NCBI RefSeq assembly: GCF_018977255.1
Contig: NW_024704742.1
Location: 135,410,001-135,474,000 of the forward strand
Direction of reading: 5' to 3'
DNA length: 64,000 nt
DNA from: Callorhinchus milii
Taxonomy: Eukaryota
Shown: positions 23,976 to 37,480 of the stretch, piece after piece
How positions within the stretch are numbered: the stretch's first letter is position 1
Layout: the number at the start of each line of letters is the position of its first letter
Notes under the pieces: model-generated
What the model was told of the DNA's origin: nothing
The model's database searches: none
The model's input: only the letters and a program-made list of their open reading frames with translations
Program-made: the position numbers and the translations under genes

Positions 23976-25545
23976 CGACATATCGCGCCTTTTACAACAG
24001 GAGGACCAGTTTATATCTGGTCGTGACTAGGGGAGTCAAAGTAAAGGTTCTTCTCCCAGTGCGAAGTGCGATTAGGAAGGAGGGCTTCATAATAATAATA
24101 ATAAATTTGGTCACTCAGTACACGACTGTTTGTGGGTCACTGCTGTGCGCCATTGGCTGCCGCATTTCGCCTGCAAAATCGACAGTCAATTCACTTGATG
24201 GTATATTCCGTGAAGCGTTTTGAGACGTCTCAATGGCATGATATGGCGCTATATCAAATGCAAGGATTATTCTTATTATTCTTGGAGGGAAGAACGTTGA
24301 CATGGAAAAATGGGCAAAATGGCTGCCTAGTGTGTCGCACATTCGTACAGAGCATATTGTGCTGCTGTCAGGCTGTGCAGTAAGAGGAAGAGGGTCATCT
24401 TTATTGTATGTCTGGGCTTTTGGCAGTGTTTGCTTTGTTAACATTAAGCTTCCTCCGTTGTACAAATCGGGTGTGGAGGCATTTGCTGGAGCAGAGATAT
24501 ATGTTCTGTATGACTCAATGCGGCTGTTATAAATCCCTTCACACCCCAGTGCTTCTGTATCTCTCTAATAATAGTGGTAATAATCCTTACATTTCCTTTT
24601 GACGTGGGGTGGGAGGGGCGGGCGGGGGGGGGGGGGGGGGAATGGGGCTTAGTCTTGAACCGCTTCACAGCATATGCTGTTAAATGGAGTGACTGTGTGT
24701 CTTGCGGGCACAACGGGGGGAGCCAATTTGCACGCAGCAAACAACAGCAATAACAAATTGCGCTTTTCGCGTCGGGGGGGAACGTGCCAAGGCGCTGGAC
24801 GGCGAAGCATTAGCCAACGACAACAACAACTTGCATTTCTATGGCCCCCTTCATGCAGAATAGAGTCTCGGGAGCGCTCGAGAGTGGCGGTCATCTCCCC
24901 CCCCCCCCCCCCCGGTTCAGCTTTGTGCTCCGGCCACTCCGGTCGAGCTCTCTGAGACTTACCCTACGTGAGAGGTGCTACATAAATGCAAGTTGTTTTG
25001 TAACACAAGATCCAATTTTGGGCACTATCCCGGGTGTAACGGGGAAACTACTTTTATGTGCTGGAAAAATTGAAGCTCAAGGAAGCTTTCGGAGACCCTA
25101 CACCACTTGAAGGTCGCTGTGTAAAAGCAAGTTGTTGTTGTTCGTTGCCGAAGTTATAATATCCTGCTATCGTGTCAAATAATAATACTGCCAATCTTTC
25201 CGAAGGCTTCTGCTGTTGGCAAGTGAGTAAATAAATACACTGTTTAGCGCTTCTGCTGGAGATGTTTTGACTGGGCAGTTTACAGAATTGCATTGTGTTC
25301 ACAAAAATGCTGAGTTGCTTTATTTTTTATTCGTATTCTCGATTCGGATAAAAAGATTCACAAAACTGGTTCGACAAATTTCCTTCTGCCTCGCGATTCA
25401 GAGAGGGAATTCATTTTTTAATATAATTTGCATTGGGTAAGGCAGGTGCTGTGTTTTTAGCCTTTCATCTCTGTATAAAAATAATCCTTGCATTTGATAC
25501 AGCGCCTTATCACGTCATTGAGACGTCTTCAAAGCGCTTCACAGC

Positions 25546-25800
25546 CATAGAATCATAGACTTATACAGCACAGAAGGAGGCCATTCGGCCCAAGAGTTTC
25601 TGTGCCGACTCTTTGAAAAGACCTATCCAATTCAATGCCACTCCCCCGCTCTCTCCCCATAGCCACGCAAACTTGTCCTCCCCAAATAATTATCTACTTC
25701 TCTCTTAAATGCTGATATCGAGTCGGCTTCCACCATCCTTTCAGGCAATGTGTTCCCAACAACTCGACTGTGTGAAACAATTTCTCCTCACCTCCCCTCC
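25546..25800 (-). mobile_element. CR1 LINE 3' end
   Basis: catagaatcatag...acagcacagaaggaggccattcggccc, the reverse of a CR1 3' terminus; similar copy at 30180-30310. Confidence 0.82.
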
Positions 25801-25834
25801 GCCCTCGGGTTGCTGACCCACCCGCCATGTTGTG

Positions 25835-26053
25835 AGGGACCAATTTTATTTGGGGGATTGTTGGCTAGAACATTGGGAGTGAGAAACTCCCTTCTCTTTT
25901 CGAATATTGCTATGGGATCTTTAACATCCACCTAAATAGGCAGATGGGACCTCGGGTTAACATCTTGTCTGAAGGACGGCACCTAAAGGAGTCACGAGCC
26001 CGACGCTGCACTGGGTAGAGGGAGAGTGATACTCATCTGAGCCAGGCTGACAC
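25835..26053 (-). mobile_element. SINE family B (Deu) fragment
   Basis: atgggatctttaacatccacct core; tgagccaggctgacac head. Confidence 0.8.
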
Positions 26054-26507
26054 ATGAGAGCTAGTGTTCTGAAGTGTTAAAGCCTAGTAGATGTGCTATA
26101 TAATTGGATTGATATTGAAGGAACGAAGAGGAAAATGTTGGAAAATGCACATTCGGAAAGTTGTTAGACTTTCATAAGGACAGTAATTGGCATAACAGCA
26201 TGAGATTAATTGCCCTCCGTTTTTGAATCCTTTAATTAAACTTTCAGCGCGCAGAGACTTGGGGATCTGGCTTCTCCCTAATAATAATAGCCGTCTCGTC
26301 CGTTAAAAATAGGTATCTTTTCTGCTAATGTTTTCTGACTAGCGATCGCATTTTAAAGACTTGGCCAAGTGTGAATGCTAATTTTAATGATCAGAGTAAG
26401 TTAAAGGCCCTCCAACCCCTTCAAGTTTTGACGAAACCTTTTCCCATTTGGTGAGATAGCAAGTTGTGTGTCTCTGTTATTTTTTTCGAGCCAGAATTCT
26501 TCACGTG

Positions 26508-26713
26508 TGTCAGCCTGACTCAGTTGGTCGCTCTCTCGTCTCCGATAGTCGGAAGTATTGCGGGTTCGAATCCCCACGTGAGGATTTTGAGCTAGGTTGA
26601 CTTTCCAATGCAGGGTTTGGGAGGAGCTGTGCTGAATTATTGGAGGTACCGTCCTTCGGATGAAACCAAGGTCCCTCCAGCCTGCCTGTTCAGGTCGATG
26701 TTAAAGATCTCAT
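26508..26713 (+). mobile_element. SINE family B 5' half
   Basis: tgtcagcctgactcagttgg...gttaaagatctcatgg. Confidence 0.8.
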
Positions 26714-26789
26714 GGTAAGATGGTTAGAAATGAGGGTGCGGGGGTGTGTGGCATTAGGATCAAAAGATGTCACAGTCCAAGCTAACCCT

Positions 26790-27055
26790 GCAGACCTACT
26801 CTGTAACCTCTTCAAACCTTACCAACTCAGCCACTCTCTGTGCCAGCGGGCACCTGCCTGCTTCATGTCCTCCACCCTCAGTAGTCAGACATTCGGCCTA
26901 TCTGTTTGGTCACCTTCCCACTCTCCCCACACCCCAGCCCCTCGGCCCCACACCCTCTTCCCACCCGCTCGGGTGCAAACCCTGGATTCTGTAGCACCTT
27001 GGGACATCCTCCCGAGCTGAAAGGCGCTATATAAAAGTAAATTTATTGTTGTTAT
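26790..27055 (+). mobile_element. L2 LINE 3' fragment
   Basis: Degenerate ORF2 end; caccttgggacatcctcccgagctgaaaggcgctatataaa tail. Confidence 0.75.
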
Positions 27056-27169
27056 GCATAAAGCAAAGGGCTCTGAGACCCCATCTGGCGTGGAGGGCGC
27101 TATATAAATCCAAGTTGTTGTTGTTGTAAAACCCTACATGGGATTTACTATAGAGTACATTCATTGTGT

Positions 27170-27303
27170 ATTAGGTAAGTGTCTCAATGGATATGAGGCA
27201 AAGCCGGGTAATTGGAGTTGATGTACAGTTCAGCCATGTTATAATTGAATGGCGGAACGGGCTTGAGGGTCTGAACCACCTATTCCTGATCCTATATTCC
27301 TAA
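27170..27303 (+). mobile_element. CR1 LINE 3' end
   Basis: cagccatgttataattgaatggcggaacgggcttgaggg...cctatattcct. Confidence 0.8.
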
Positions 27304-27989
27304 GTTTGTATTTTGTAGTTGACTTCTATCAAATACAAAAGTCCCAAATTCGGGGGGAGGGGAGAGAGGGGGCTGAGGAGGGGGGGAAAACTCAGTTCTA
27401 AGTCTAGAATCCAACATAAATAAGCAGCTAATATTAATTATTATTTTTATATATGAAAGCAAACGTGTAGACTAACAACATGTAATAGCATATGTGCACA
27501 AAGAACGGGCTTGAATTGAAGGAAGAGAGACATCAGGGGATGGGAACAGTTCACAGGGCCAAGAGTTGAAAGTAGAAGTCTCGTTCTGTGATGGAGAACC
27601 AAAGAGAGGAAGGTTCCAACATGTTCAACACATCCCAGAGGGACAATGAGGACGCAGCCTCGAGCAGATGAGGAGGCACGAGGGTTAGAGCCCGGGTCAT
27701 ATGGTCCCAGTTGGGTTGGCAGAGAGAGCCTCGCTTGTCATATGGTCCAAGACGCCATCCGTTTGAAATGTAGCACAGCATGACTTGCAACTCTCAACGT
27801 GCTTCACAGGATTTACTGCAACGTAACCTTGTAGGTGAATAAGGCGACCAATTTGCCAAAGCCGTGTCCTACAATCAGCCATGGAGTTGTATCCGCAGGT
27901 AGTGTGGGTTGTTGAGGGGGAGGTGGAATTGTTAGCTAGGACACAGTGAGAAAATCCCTTCTCTTTTCAAACAGTGCTGTGGGATAATA

Positions 27990-28440
27990 GTAATAATCCT
28001 TGCAATTGATATAGCGCCTTATCACGTCGTCGAGGCGTCTCAAAGCGCTTCACAGGACCGAACGTAAAATGTGTATTTTGTGGGCGAAACGCGGCACAGC
28101 CAGTTGCGCTCAGCAGTGTCCCACCAACAGCCATGGAGCGAGTGACCAATTTTATTTGGAGGAATGTTGGTCCAAGATACCAGGCGAGAGGGAAACTCCC
28201 TTCTCTTTTCGAATAGCGCCATGGGATCTTTAACATCTACCTGAACAGGCAGACGGGACCTCAGCTTAACATCTTATCCGAAGGACGGCACCTCCGACAA
28301 TGCAATGCTCCACCCCCACCCCCCCACCAGCGCTGCATTCGAGTGTCAGCTTAGACTGGGTAATTCCGATGTGGGGCTTGACCCCACAGCCTCCTGACTC
28401 CAGAGGAGAGAGTGTTGCTGACTTGAGCCAGGCTGACACA
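27990..28440 (-). mobile_element. SINE family B (tRNA-derived head, Deu domain, L2-type tail), near full length
   Basis: Reverse of tgtcagcctggctca head. Deu-like core ggtgccgtccttcggataagatgttaa...gttaaagatcccatggcgctattcgaaaagagaagggagtt resembles the AmnSINE1/SacSINE1 Deu domain. Shared tail. Confidence 0.88.
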
Positions 28441-28834
28441 TCAAATGTGATGGAGTGACTTGCAGTAAGCTTTCTCTGCCCTGTTTCTCACAAAGGTACT
28501 GAAACTCTATTGTGTTCTGCTTCCTGCCGTTAAAAATACCGTGATGTCTCGTTTCTTTATATATCTAAATAATTTGTTTTAAAAACACTCACGTAAGTGA
28601 CCTTGGTTGAACTGTGATGAGCGAGTGGTGTATTTTAGCTTCGGAAATCTGCATTTTACTGATTAAAAATTGAAGTTCCACATCCCTTCTGATTTTTTTT
28701 CTTGTTTTTCACCTTTTTGTAGAGTAGAGAGGAGTGCTGCTGCCTTTAGTTTGCAATTGGTTTCCTGACCAGCACCCGCAGATAAATTTTGGTCATTCAC
28801 TTCATGGCTGTTTGTTGCTGTGCACAGATTTCTT

Positions 28835-28868
<34 letters not shown>

Positions 28869-30399
28869 CCGTTTTCTTTTTCAGCGCTCCAAGACGCTAC
28901 CCCGCACAACGGCTATATATGCACACATATTTTTTTCCCCTTTCTCTAACTCTTCGTTATGCTGTTCTCTCGCTCTTTCTTTTTTTTTGCAGTTTAGAAA
29001 GGCACAGCGTTTGAATTTGAGACATCTCAAAACGCTTCACCAAACAAATCATAGTAATAATTTGGTCACTCAATGCACGACTATTTGTGGGACACTGCTG
29101 TACGTAATTGGCTGCCGAGTTTCACCAAACAAAATGTACAGCCTATCCCACTTGACAGGACATCCCGTGAAGCGCTTTGAGACGTCTCGAAGACACGATA
29201 AGGCGCTGTATCAAAGGCAAGGATTAGTGTTATAATTATTATTACATTGTCAAGTGGATTGACTGTGCATTTTGCCGGTGAAAGAAGAAAAGAAAATCCT
29301 GCGCAGTGCTTTTGAGACACTCTCCCGACATAAAAGGCATTGTGCCAAATGCAAGGATGATTATTGATGGTTCGGTCAGCGATGGTAATACAAAGAGGGA
29401 ACGGGTTCACAGCCCAGCCCTATGCGCCCCCCCCACCCCCACCACCACACACACGCACGCGCGCACATACACACACACACCCTTCACCCTCTTGTCCTCC
29501 CACCTCAACGTACCTGAGAGCATTATTTGAGACTTCCTCCCCGATGTGAAAAACGCTATATAAATGTAAATCGTATTGTATTTACTCTCTCTCAATCCCA
29601 TTTAGCATCTTATGCGGCTCCGTGAGTCCCCTTATGAGATGTCTCTTTTCAAAGGAAGCTTATCTAGTTGTTCCCGATGGCTCATCCCACTAAAGCCGGG
29701 GATCATCCTCGCAGAAGGACCACAGGCAGAGACAGCTCTGCCAAACAGCAGAGAAAGCCCAGGAAATCAGCAGCTATTGTAAGGGTATAGAGAATCGCTT
29801 AGAAGAGAGGGTTTTAGATGAAGTAGCATCCCCTGGCCCGTGTGATCTCATCCGTTCCACAACACCCACCCTTGCCGTCCTCCCATTACAGCGTTGAGCT
29901 TTTCTTCCAATGAGCCCCTTGGCACCCTGGCCTCACCCACCCACCCTTTCTGAAAACACTTAGAAGAATAATCCTTGCATTTGGTATCCTCGCCTTTCAC
30001 ATCAGGAGGAAGTCTCAAAGTACTTCACAGGATACGCTGTAACAACACGACTTGCATTTGGTGTCGTGCCTAATCACGCCATTGAGACGCAAGCACTTAC
30101 TGTGAAGCGTAGTGGCTGTGTATTTTGTAGGCAAATGTGGTCACTCCTGTTCTAGGTGTTAATTACCCCCAGTGAAAAGACATAGAATCATAGCACAGAA
30201 GGAGGCCATTCAGCCTATCGGGTCTGTGCTGTCTCTTTGAAAGAGCTATCCAACTCATCCCACTCCCCCGCTCTTCCCCCATAACCTTGCAAATGTTTCC
30301 TCTTCCAAGTACGTGAAAACGACTCTTGTCGCAGGTGTCTGTTGATATAATGGGTTGAACGTTGATTGAATTGAGATTCAATTGAAAACAATAATCATA

Positions 30400-30760
30400 A
30401 TAATCCTAATAAGCCGGAAGGACGTCCCAAAGCGCTTCACATGATTTCACTGTAAAAACGGGTTGGGGGTGAACACGGCAGCCAATTTGCACACCCACAA
30501 ACAGCGAAGGAGTGAATGACCAATTCTTCCGGGGGGACTGTTGGCCAGGACACCGGGAGAGAGAAACTCTCCTCTCTTCTCAAATAGAGCCATGGGATCG
30601 TTAACATCCACCCGAACAGGCAGATGGGACCTCGGTTTATCCAAAGGACATGCGGCACCTCTGGCAATGCAGCACGTCCCCAGCATTGCAGTCGAGTATC
30701 AGCTTAGACTACATGATTCCTGAACCCACAAGCTTGCTATAAATGTACCAGGCTGACACA
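30400..30760 (-). mobile_element. SINE family B (Deu)
   Basis: Reverse Deu core and ccaggctgacac head. Confidence 0.8.
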
Positions 30761-31237
30761 CATGGTCAGCTTGTGCAGGAATAACAACAACAACAACAAA
30801 ATCACATGCTTATCGCGCCTTTCACGTCGGGAGGAAGTCCATGGTCGAAGAGGAGGGTCTTGAGATGGGGCTTGAAGGAGGCAAGGGAGGGGGCGAGGAG
30901 GTGGGACTGCAGGATGGAGTTCCACAGGGTGGGAGTAGAGTGGCAGAAGGCCCAATAATAACAACAATAATAATAATAATTGGCAGGATAACCAAGGAAT
31001 TCGGTGTCATATTTTACAATATGTTCAATCGGAAAACATCCTTGTGAGTTGGGGAGATACAGCAGCGATAGTGTCGACGACCGGCTTTCAAAAATGGAGA
31101 TGCGGTCTATTCTCCGGACAGATCGATCTGATTCACTGCTTTACATCTTGATTCAAATTGAAGCAGAATTTGCTTGAAAATCAAATTCCACTCACATCCA
31201 CCCCCCCCCAACCCTGCACCACGCATCCACCCATCCC

Positions 31238-31830
31238 ATCCTGTAGCTTAGTGGTTAGAGCACTCACCTCGCAAGCGAGAGACTTGGGTTTGATTCCCTG
31301 CAAGGCGAAACCTTGGGCAAGTTTCCTTACTCCACACGCCTGATAATAATCCATCAAGAAAAAAAAACAATAATAAATTGGTCACTTCAATGCACCACAG
31401 TTTGTGGGACACTGCTGTGCGCAATTGGCTGCCGCGTTTCGCCCACAACATATACAGTCAATTCACTTTATAGTACATTTGTGAAGTGCTTTGAGACTTC
31501 TAGAAGATGTGAAAAGCGCTATATCAAATGCAAGGATTATTATTATTATATGTTATTACTCCACTCACCTCTATTTACCTAGCAGTAAGCAGGAACCCAA
31601 TGGTAGTCAATTGGCGGATCACTTTCCGGGGTAATAATCCCTTAAAAGAAAATTCAAACGGTCACTCAATCCACGCTGTTTGTGGGATACTGTTGTGCGC
31701 AATTGGCTGCTGAGTTTCGTCCACAAAATACACAATCAATTCACGTTACAGTATATTCTGTGAAGCGCTTTGAGACTTTGCAACGATATTATAAGACAAT
31801 ATATATCAAATGCGAGGGTTAATATTGTTA
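31238..31830 (+). mobile_element. Two tandem SINE family A copies (short subfamily, then 5'-truncated long form)
   Basis: Head at ~31238 and tail at ~31550; the second copy starts at actccactcacctctatttacctagcag. Confidence 0.85.
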
Positions 31831-32939
31831 TATTATTGTTATGAGAGACGCACTCTCTGAGGGCAAGTTGTTGCTATTGTTGTTGCTGAACCAATTGTGT
31901 GCGGTGCTGTGCTGTGGACCTGCGTCCACTAGGATCTCGGTGGGAACTGTTGATGTTGGAGCCTTGCAGTCAGTACAGAGAGGGACTTTGAGCACAGAGA
32001 GCTCAGGTTGCGTTGAGTTCAGTCCAAGGTCCTGGGGGTGAAAATAATGCACAGCACCAGTCTCCCCCGCACATTGAATTGCTGAACGGCAGTCTGCTGG
32101 CTGCACTAAGAACTGACTTTGACACCTTGTCCCTTTGGCCATCAGGATAAAACTCTTCGTTCTTGTCTCTCTCTGCGCTAATGTCCTGTGTGCACTCATG
32201 AGCGGTCTTGTACAGCGATCCCACGATTTATTTCTCTCCTTACAAAACCTGATGACAGTCTCTCACTGTCTCCATCTGTCTGTCTGTCTTGACTCGGCTT
32301 GGCACAGGCAACTTTTATTTGAATGTCTAGTTAAATAGTTGCAGCCCAAAAAAATCCTGTGACTTGATTTTCGAGGTCAGGCTCCAGGTCTCTTGATGGT
32401 TAGTATTTTGCAGGTGTCCAGGTAGATAGTTAGAAGAGGCCAATTGTATCCTTCTCTGCTGCATGGATCACAGGCAAAACTCAGGTGAAATCACATATAT
32501 ATATGTATATGTATATTGATATAGAGTCTTTTCACATTGTCAACACATCTCAAACTAATTCACAAGATCTTACTGCGAAATGTAGTGACCGAAGGGCCCA
32601 CTTTGTGTGAATGTTGCTGCCGACTTGTGCCTAGCAGTGTCCCAAGAGCAACCAACCATTAAGTCAATAATAATATATCGCCTTATCACGTCATTGAGGA
32701 ATCTCAAAGTGCTTTGTGAAGTGCTTTGATATACCTCACTATTGTATATACTGTAATACAGTATGTGTACTGTAAAGCAAATTGATTGTATATTTTGAGG
32801 ACAAAACGAGGCAGCTAATTTTTAATATGATTCTTAATAAGAATTTTTATGACGTGTGTTCATTTCTTAAAAAAATTTTCAATTTAAATTTCCGTTCCTT
32901 TTTATTTTTGTTAAGAAACTGACTGATTTTCAACCTGGT

Positions 32940-33205
32940 GGGGGCAATTGTTGGCCGGGACGCAGGGAGAAACTCCCTTCTCTTTTTGAACAGCGCTACT
33001 GGATGGTTTAACATCCACCTGTGATGGGCACAGACGGGGGGAATGGGGTGTTGAACTTCTCTCACAAGGACTGCACCTCGGACAGTGAAGCTCTTTCCCC
33101 AGCGCAGAACTGGAACGTCAGCCTAAGCTGTGAGCTTAGAGCTCCTGACACAATGTGCTCGGAAGGCAAAAGCAAGCGTGACTCGACTGAGCCAAGTTAA
33201 CACCA
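32940..33205 (-). mobile_element. SINE family B (Deu) fragment
   Basis: aaactcccttctctttttgaacagcgc core; gactgagccaag head. Confidence 0.72.
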
Positions 33206-33394
33206 AAGGATTTGCATCTTGTTTTGAATAGTTCTCCTCTGATAGTCCATGATTTTGTTTACTCAAATGGTTATTGAGGGGCAGGGCTTGTTTTGTTTAC
33301 ACCCAACGCTTTGATTTCATTTCTCTTTCGCTGCCAATTCTTTTTCGGCCCAAATCGCTTCCTCCTCCACTTAGACTGTGCGTTATTCTGAACT

Positions 33395-33886
33395 CTTATT
33401 GTTCAATTGTTATTCAGAACTCTACAGCTTGTGCCCTCTCTCGTGTCAAGCTCCGTGAACCGATCACCCCTATCCTCGCCCGGCTTCACTGGAGGATCGA
33501 GTTTAATGCCCTCCGTGGGTCCATTCCTTCCTATCTCTCTGACCTATTATCACCCTACCAGGCTGCCCACTTCCTGCGCTCAGAAGGCCCTGGCCTCCTC
33601 CATGTCCCCCGCCATGCCTGCCCCACTATCGACGGTCGGGCCTTCAGCCTCTCTGCCCCCACCCTCTGCAACTCTATCCTAGGATCCTTCCACCTGGCCC
33701 TCTCCTTTGCCACCTTCAAGGCCCGTCTCGAGACTTTTTTCTTTGATTGTGTTTTGGTCCCCACTACCCTCCACCCTTCTTGATCCAAACCCCCAACTTG
33801 GGTGCAAACTCTCAACTCTCCAGCGCCTTGGGTCGTCCTTCCAATGTGAAAGGCGCTATATAAATGTAATTTGTTGTTTTGTTGTT
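33395..33886 (+). mobile_element. L2 LINE 3' fragment
   Basis: IQNSTACALSRVKLREPITPILARLHW...IDGRAFSLSAPTLCNS...FKARLETFFF, then (ttg)n tail. Confidence 0.9.
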
Positions 33887-34029
33887 GAATCCACAAAACC
33901 TTCTGACTTGATGGGTGAGAGGGCTCCTGACTGAACTACAGAGCAGTGTTTCTTTCCTCCTCTTCCTCTGTCCTCATCAACGAAGTGTGGGCGGAGAGGG
34001 GGGAATAGCCCACTTCTTCAAATGAACTT

Positions 34030-34395
34030 GGAGGATGCAACCATGAGACAAGCAAGGGGGCTCTTCAGTCTTAAGAGAAGGAGTCTCTGAGGGGAGCTCG
34101 TTGAGGTGTATACAATGTTGAAAAAGTAAACCCAGAACAATACTTTAGCGGCAACAGGATAGTAGAACCAGAGGACTTAGGTTTAAAGTTGTAAAGGGTA
34201 ATTTCAGAGTTAACACAAGAGTTTTTTTTCTCATTACTCAGAGGGTTATCAATGAATGGATCCAGGTTGTTAGGAAAGGTATTTTATGTCAGGACATTGG
34301 GACTCGTTGAAAAGTCACTCAATGACGTGGCGGGAAGGGGAGAAGGTTGGTTGGGTGTTGTGGAGGGATGAGATCGAATGGGTAGAATGAGACTA
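34030..34395 (+). mobile_element. CR1 LINE 3' fragment, old
   Basis: gggctcttcagtcttaagagaagg...aggggagctcgttgaggtgtata (GLFSL..R.LRG.L.EVY); ttactcagagggttatcaatgaatgga. Confidence 0.75.
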
Positions 34396-34912
34396 CTTTA
34401 TCCAAACTGATCTTGTGATCTTGTGACAGGCGGGCGGCGGGCGGGCATTGGTGCTTTGTGTAGCTCGCAGCAAAGAGAGAGAGAGAGAGAAAGCATTAAA
34501 AAGGTCAACAGCCCGAGTCATCAACAGGATGGAACTAGTCCCAGGAAATGACGGCAATGCCTGTGTTTTTGTGCAAAGATGAGGAAGGAACTTCGCAGGA
34601 GTTTCAGTGTTTGTGGCTGAACTCACAATGGGAAATAAGTAGGAAATAAGGCATGTCCTGCTTTTATTATGCTTGTTGCACGTAGGGCTCCCAAAGGAGA
34701 GTGGGCGGTGGTGTTTGTGTATGTGGGGGGGTGGTGGGGGGAGTGAGGGGAGGCCAGATTGGGGACTGGATGCCTGGTGCGTTTGTTTTCTTACGCATTG
34801 TTTTAATATTTTCGCTCATTATTGCCGAGCTCTCTGATGTACGTTTATAAATAAACCCCACAGTCCACTTTCCGGCAATTGGCATAATTTGAACTTGGCA
34901 AGCAGCAACTAG

Positions 34913-35041
34913 AAACACACACACACACACAGACAAACACACACACACAGACAAACACACACACACACACAGACAAACACACACACAGACAAACACACAC
35001 AGACACAGACAAACACACACACAGACAAACACACACACACA

Positions 35042-35073
<32 letters not shown>

Positions 35074-35622
35074 GACAAACACACACACACACAGACAAAC
35101 ACACACACAGACAAACACACACACACAGACAAACACACACAGACAAACACACACACAGACAAACACACACACACAGACAAACACACACACAGACAAACAC
35201 ACACAGACAAACACACACAGACAAACACACACACACACAGACAAACACACACACAGACAAACACAGACAGACAGACAGACAGACAGAGACAAACACACAC
35301 ACACACAGACAAACACACACACACACAGACAAACACACACACAGACAAACACACACACACACACAGACAAACACACACACAGACAAACACAGACAGACAG
35401 ACAGACAGAGACAAACACATACACACCCACACTCACAGACACACACACACACAGACAGACAAACACACATGCACACATATACAAGCAAACACGCACACAC
35501 AGACAAACACACACACATGCACACTCACAGACACACACACATTCAGACACACAAAGACACACACACACAAACACACACACACACACCCACACACAGACAC
35601 ATAAACACACTCAAACACACAA
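34913..35622. repeat. ~700-bp compound (CA)n-derived minisatellite, unit (ac)n-agacaa
   Basis: Dozens of acacacacagacaa units; source of the Cys/Val-rich artefact ORFs. Confidence 0.95.
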
Positions 35623-36099
35623 AAAGCCCTGCAGGCTTCCAAAACTTGTGGGTTTTCACTGACAAGCCTTGAAGACAGCTGTTGTCCACGTTTCCTTTCA
35701 AGATAAAGTTGAAACGTCGCTTGAGGAAGACATTGCGTATCGTGACTGAACTTTTTTTTTCCGCTCGTTCTTGCTGCTGCATTTGAAACAGACCAATGTT
35801 AACAAACCACAGTGACAGTTTGCACTTGCAGAGCAGAGCGTAAGAGGGAGGGAGAGGGGTGGGTGGAGAAGTGGTCAAAGGTGCAGTTCAAGAGAGAGAG
35901 GTTTTCAAAGCATCGACAACAACAACAACATACAGAGCCTTTCACGCTGGGTAGCGTCTCGAAGCGCTTAACAGTGACGGGTTGACGGCAAGCCGGTGAG
36001 AGGGTAGGCACGGTCGAAGAGAAAGGTCTTGACTTGCAATCTAAATCAAGAGAGGGAGGGGAGGGAGCTAGGTGGAGCGATTTTGGACGTGAGCAAATT

Positions 36100-36385
36100 T
36101 GTCAGCCTGGCTCAGTTGGTAGCACTCTGCCCTCTGAAATAGAAGACTGTGGGTTTAAGCCCCACGTCAGGACTTTGAACCCACAGCCGGGGCTGACATT
36201 CCAGTGTAGTGCAGTGCTGTGGGGAGAATTGGCGAATTGGAGACGTTAAACCGAGAAACTCTCTGTGCCTGTTCAGGTGAACGTTAAAGATCCCACCACA
36301 CTGTTGGAAAAGAGAAGGGAGTTTCTCTCTCCTGGTATCCTGGCCAATAAACCCCCCCACCAATAAAATTGGTCGCTCACTTCAA
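36100..36385 (+). mobile_element. SINE family B (Deu)
   Basis: gtcagcctggctcagttggtagcactct head; cgttaaagatccc core. Confidence 0.82.
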
Positions 36386-37139
36386 CAAGAACAACAGCTT
36401 GCACTTATAAAGCGCCCTTCACGCGGGGTAGTGTCCCTGAGCACGTCATTGCTGTTTGTGGGACATTCCTGCCCACAAATTAGCTTTCATGAATCCGGCC
36501 AGAAATAGTGGGTGGTTGGGTGAAGAGGACCACAGGGGAACGCAGACACAGGGTGAGGTAAGACACTCAGAGTTATTTGAATAAGTTCGAGGATCTTGAA
36601 AGCTGATGCACTGGGGAATAGACAGGGGCAGTGGAGCAAAGAAAGATGCAAATAGCATCCACGCAATGGGTTGGGTGAAGCCTTTTCTCACTTGAAAAGG
36701 GGAAGCTGTCTCCAGTTTATTTCCCTGCACAGTTAGTCCGCCTGCCTTTGTTCATTCGCAATGGATGCAAAAAGGACATCAAAAAATAATAATAAAGCCA
36801 ATAATAAGCCTTGCATTTGATGTAGTACCTCATCACATTGTTGCCAAGCCACAACGCTTCACAGAATATACCGTGAATTGAATTGACTGCGCATTTTGTG
36901 GACGAAACGCGGCAGCCAATTGCGCACAAGCGGTGTCTCACAAACAGTCGGAGATCGAGTGACCAAATAATTTTCAAGCACTAACATGAAGGAAAGGTTT
37001 GGGGAGGGGGTGAGGAGGGAGGTCTTGAAATTGCACCCCATAGTGGACTCTGGTGTCAGGCTGGCTTAGTTGGTAGCACTCGTACCTCTGAGTCAAAAAG
37101 TTCAAGCCGCAACACAGACTCTGGGGTCCCTGAAGTTTC

Positions 37140-37480
37140 CCAACTCTTCATCAATCTGTACCTAAACTGCACATCCGTCCTGCCCCCCCCTACCATTGGC
37201 GGTCAGGCCTTTACCCTTTGCAACTTCATCCTTCAGCCCCTTCACCTCGCCCCATCCCTCGCCTCCTTCAAGGCATGTCTCAAGATTCTCTTTTTCAACC
37301 GCACCTTTGATCACCCTCCTACCCCTCCCCACCCTCCATCCCTCATGATCTCATCCCCACCGCCCTCTACCCCCCCAGCTCAGGTCCAAATCCGTGACTG
37401 TCCAGCGCCTTGGGACGTCCTACTCAACGTGAAAGGCGCTGTACAAATGTAATTTGTTGTCGTTGTTGCTGTTGTTGTTA
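37140..37480 (+). mobile_element. L2 LINE 3' fragment
   Basis: ccattggcggtcaggcctt...cctccttcaagg; cagcgccttgggacgtc...aaaggcgct and (ttg)n tail. Confidence 0.85.

Noticed and set aside
31830..32340. Unique GC-balanced stretch with several short ORFs
   Set aside because: No recognisable protein similarity or paired splice sites; the same applies to 27500-27790.
34667..35672. Long Cys/Val-rich ORFs (up to 285 aa)
   Set aside because: Translation of the (CA)n-derived minisatellite; no coding signal.
36490..36563. GAG|GTAAGA donor with upstream EEDHRG peptide
   Set aside because: That frame ends in phase 0 and the phase-1 frame has a TGA, so it is incompatible with exon 4.
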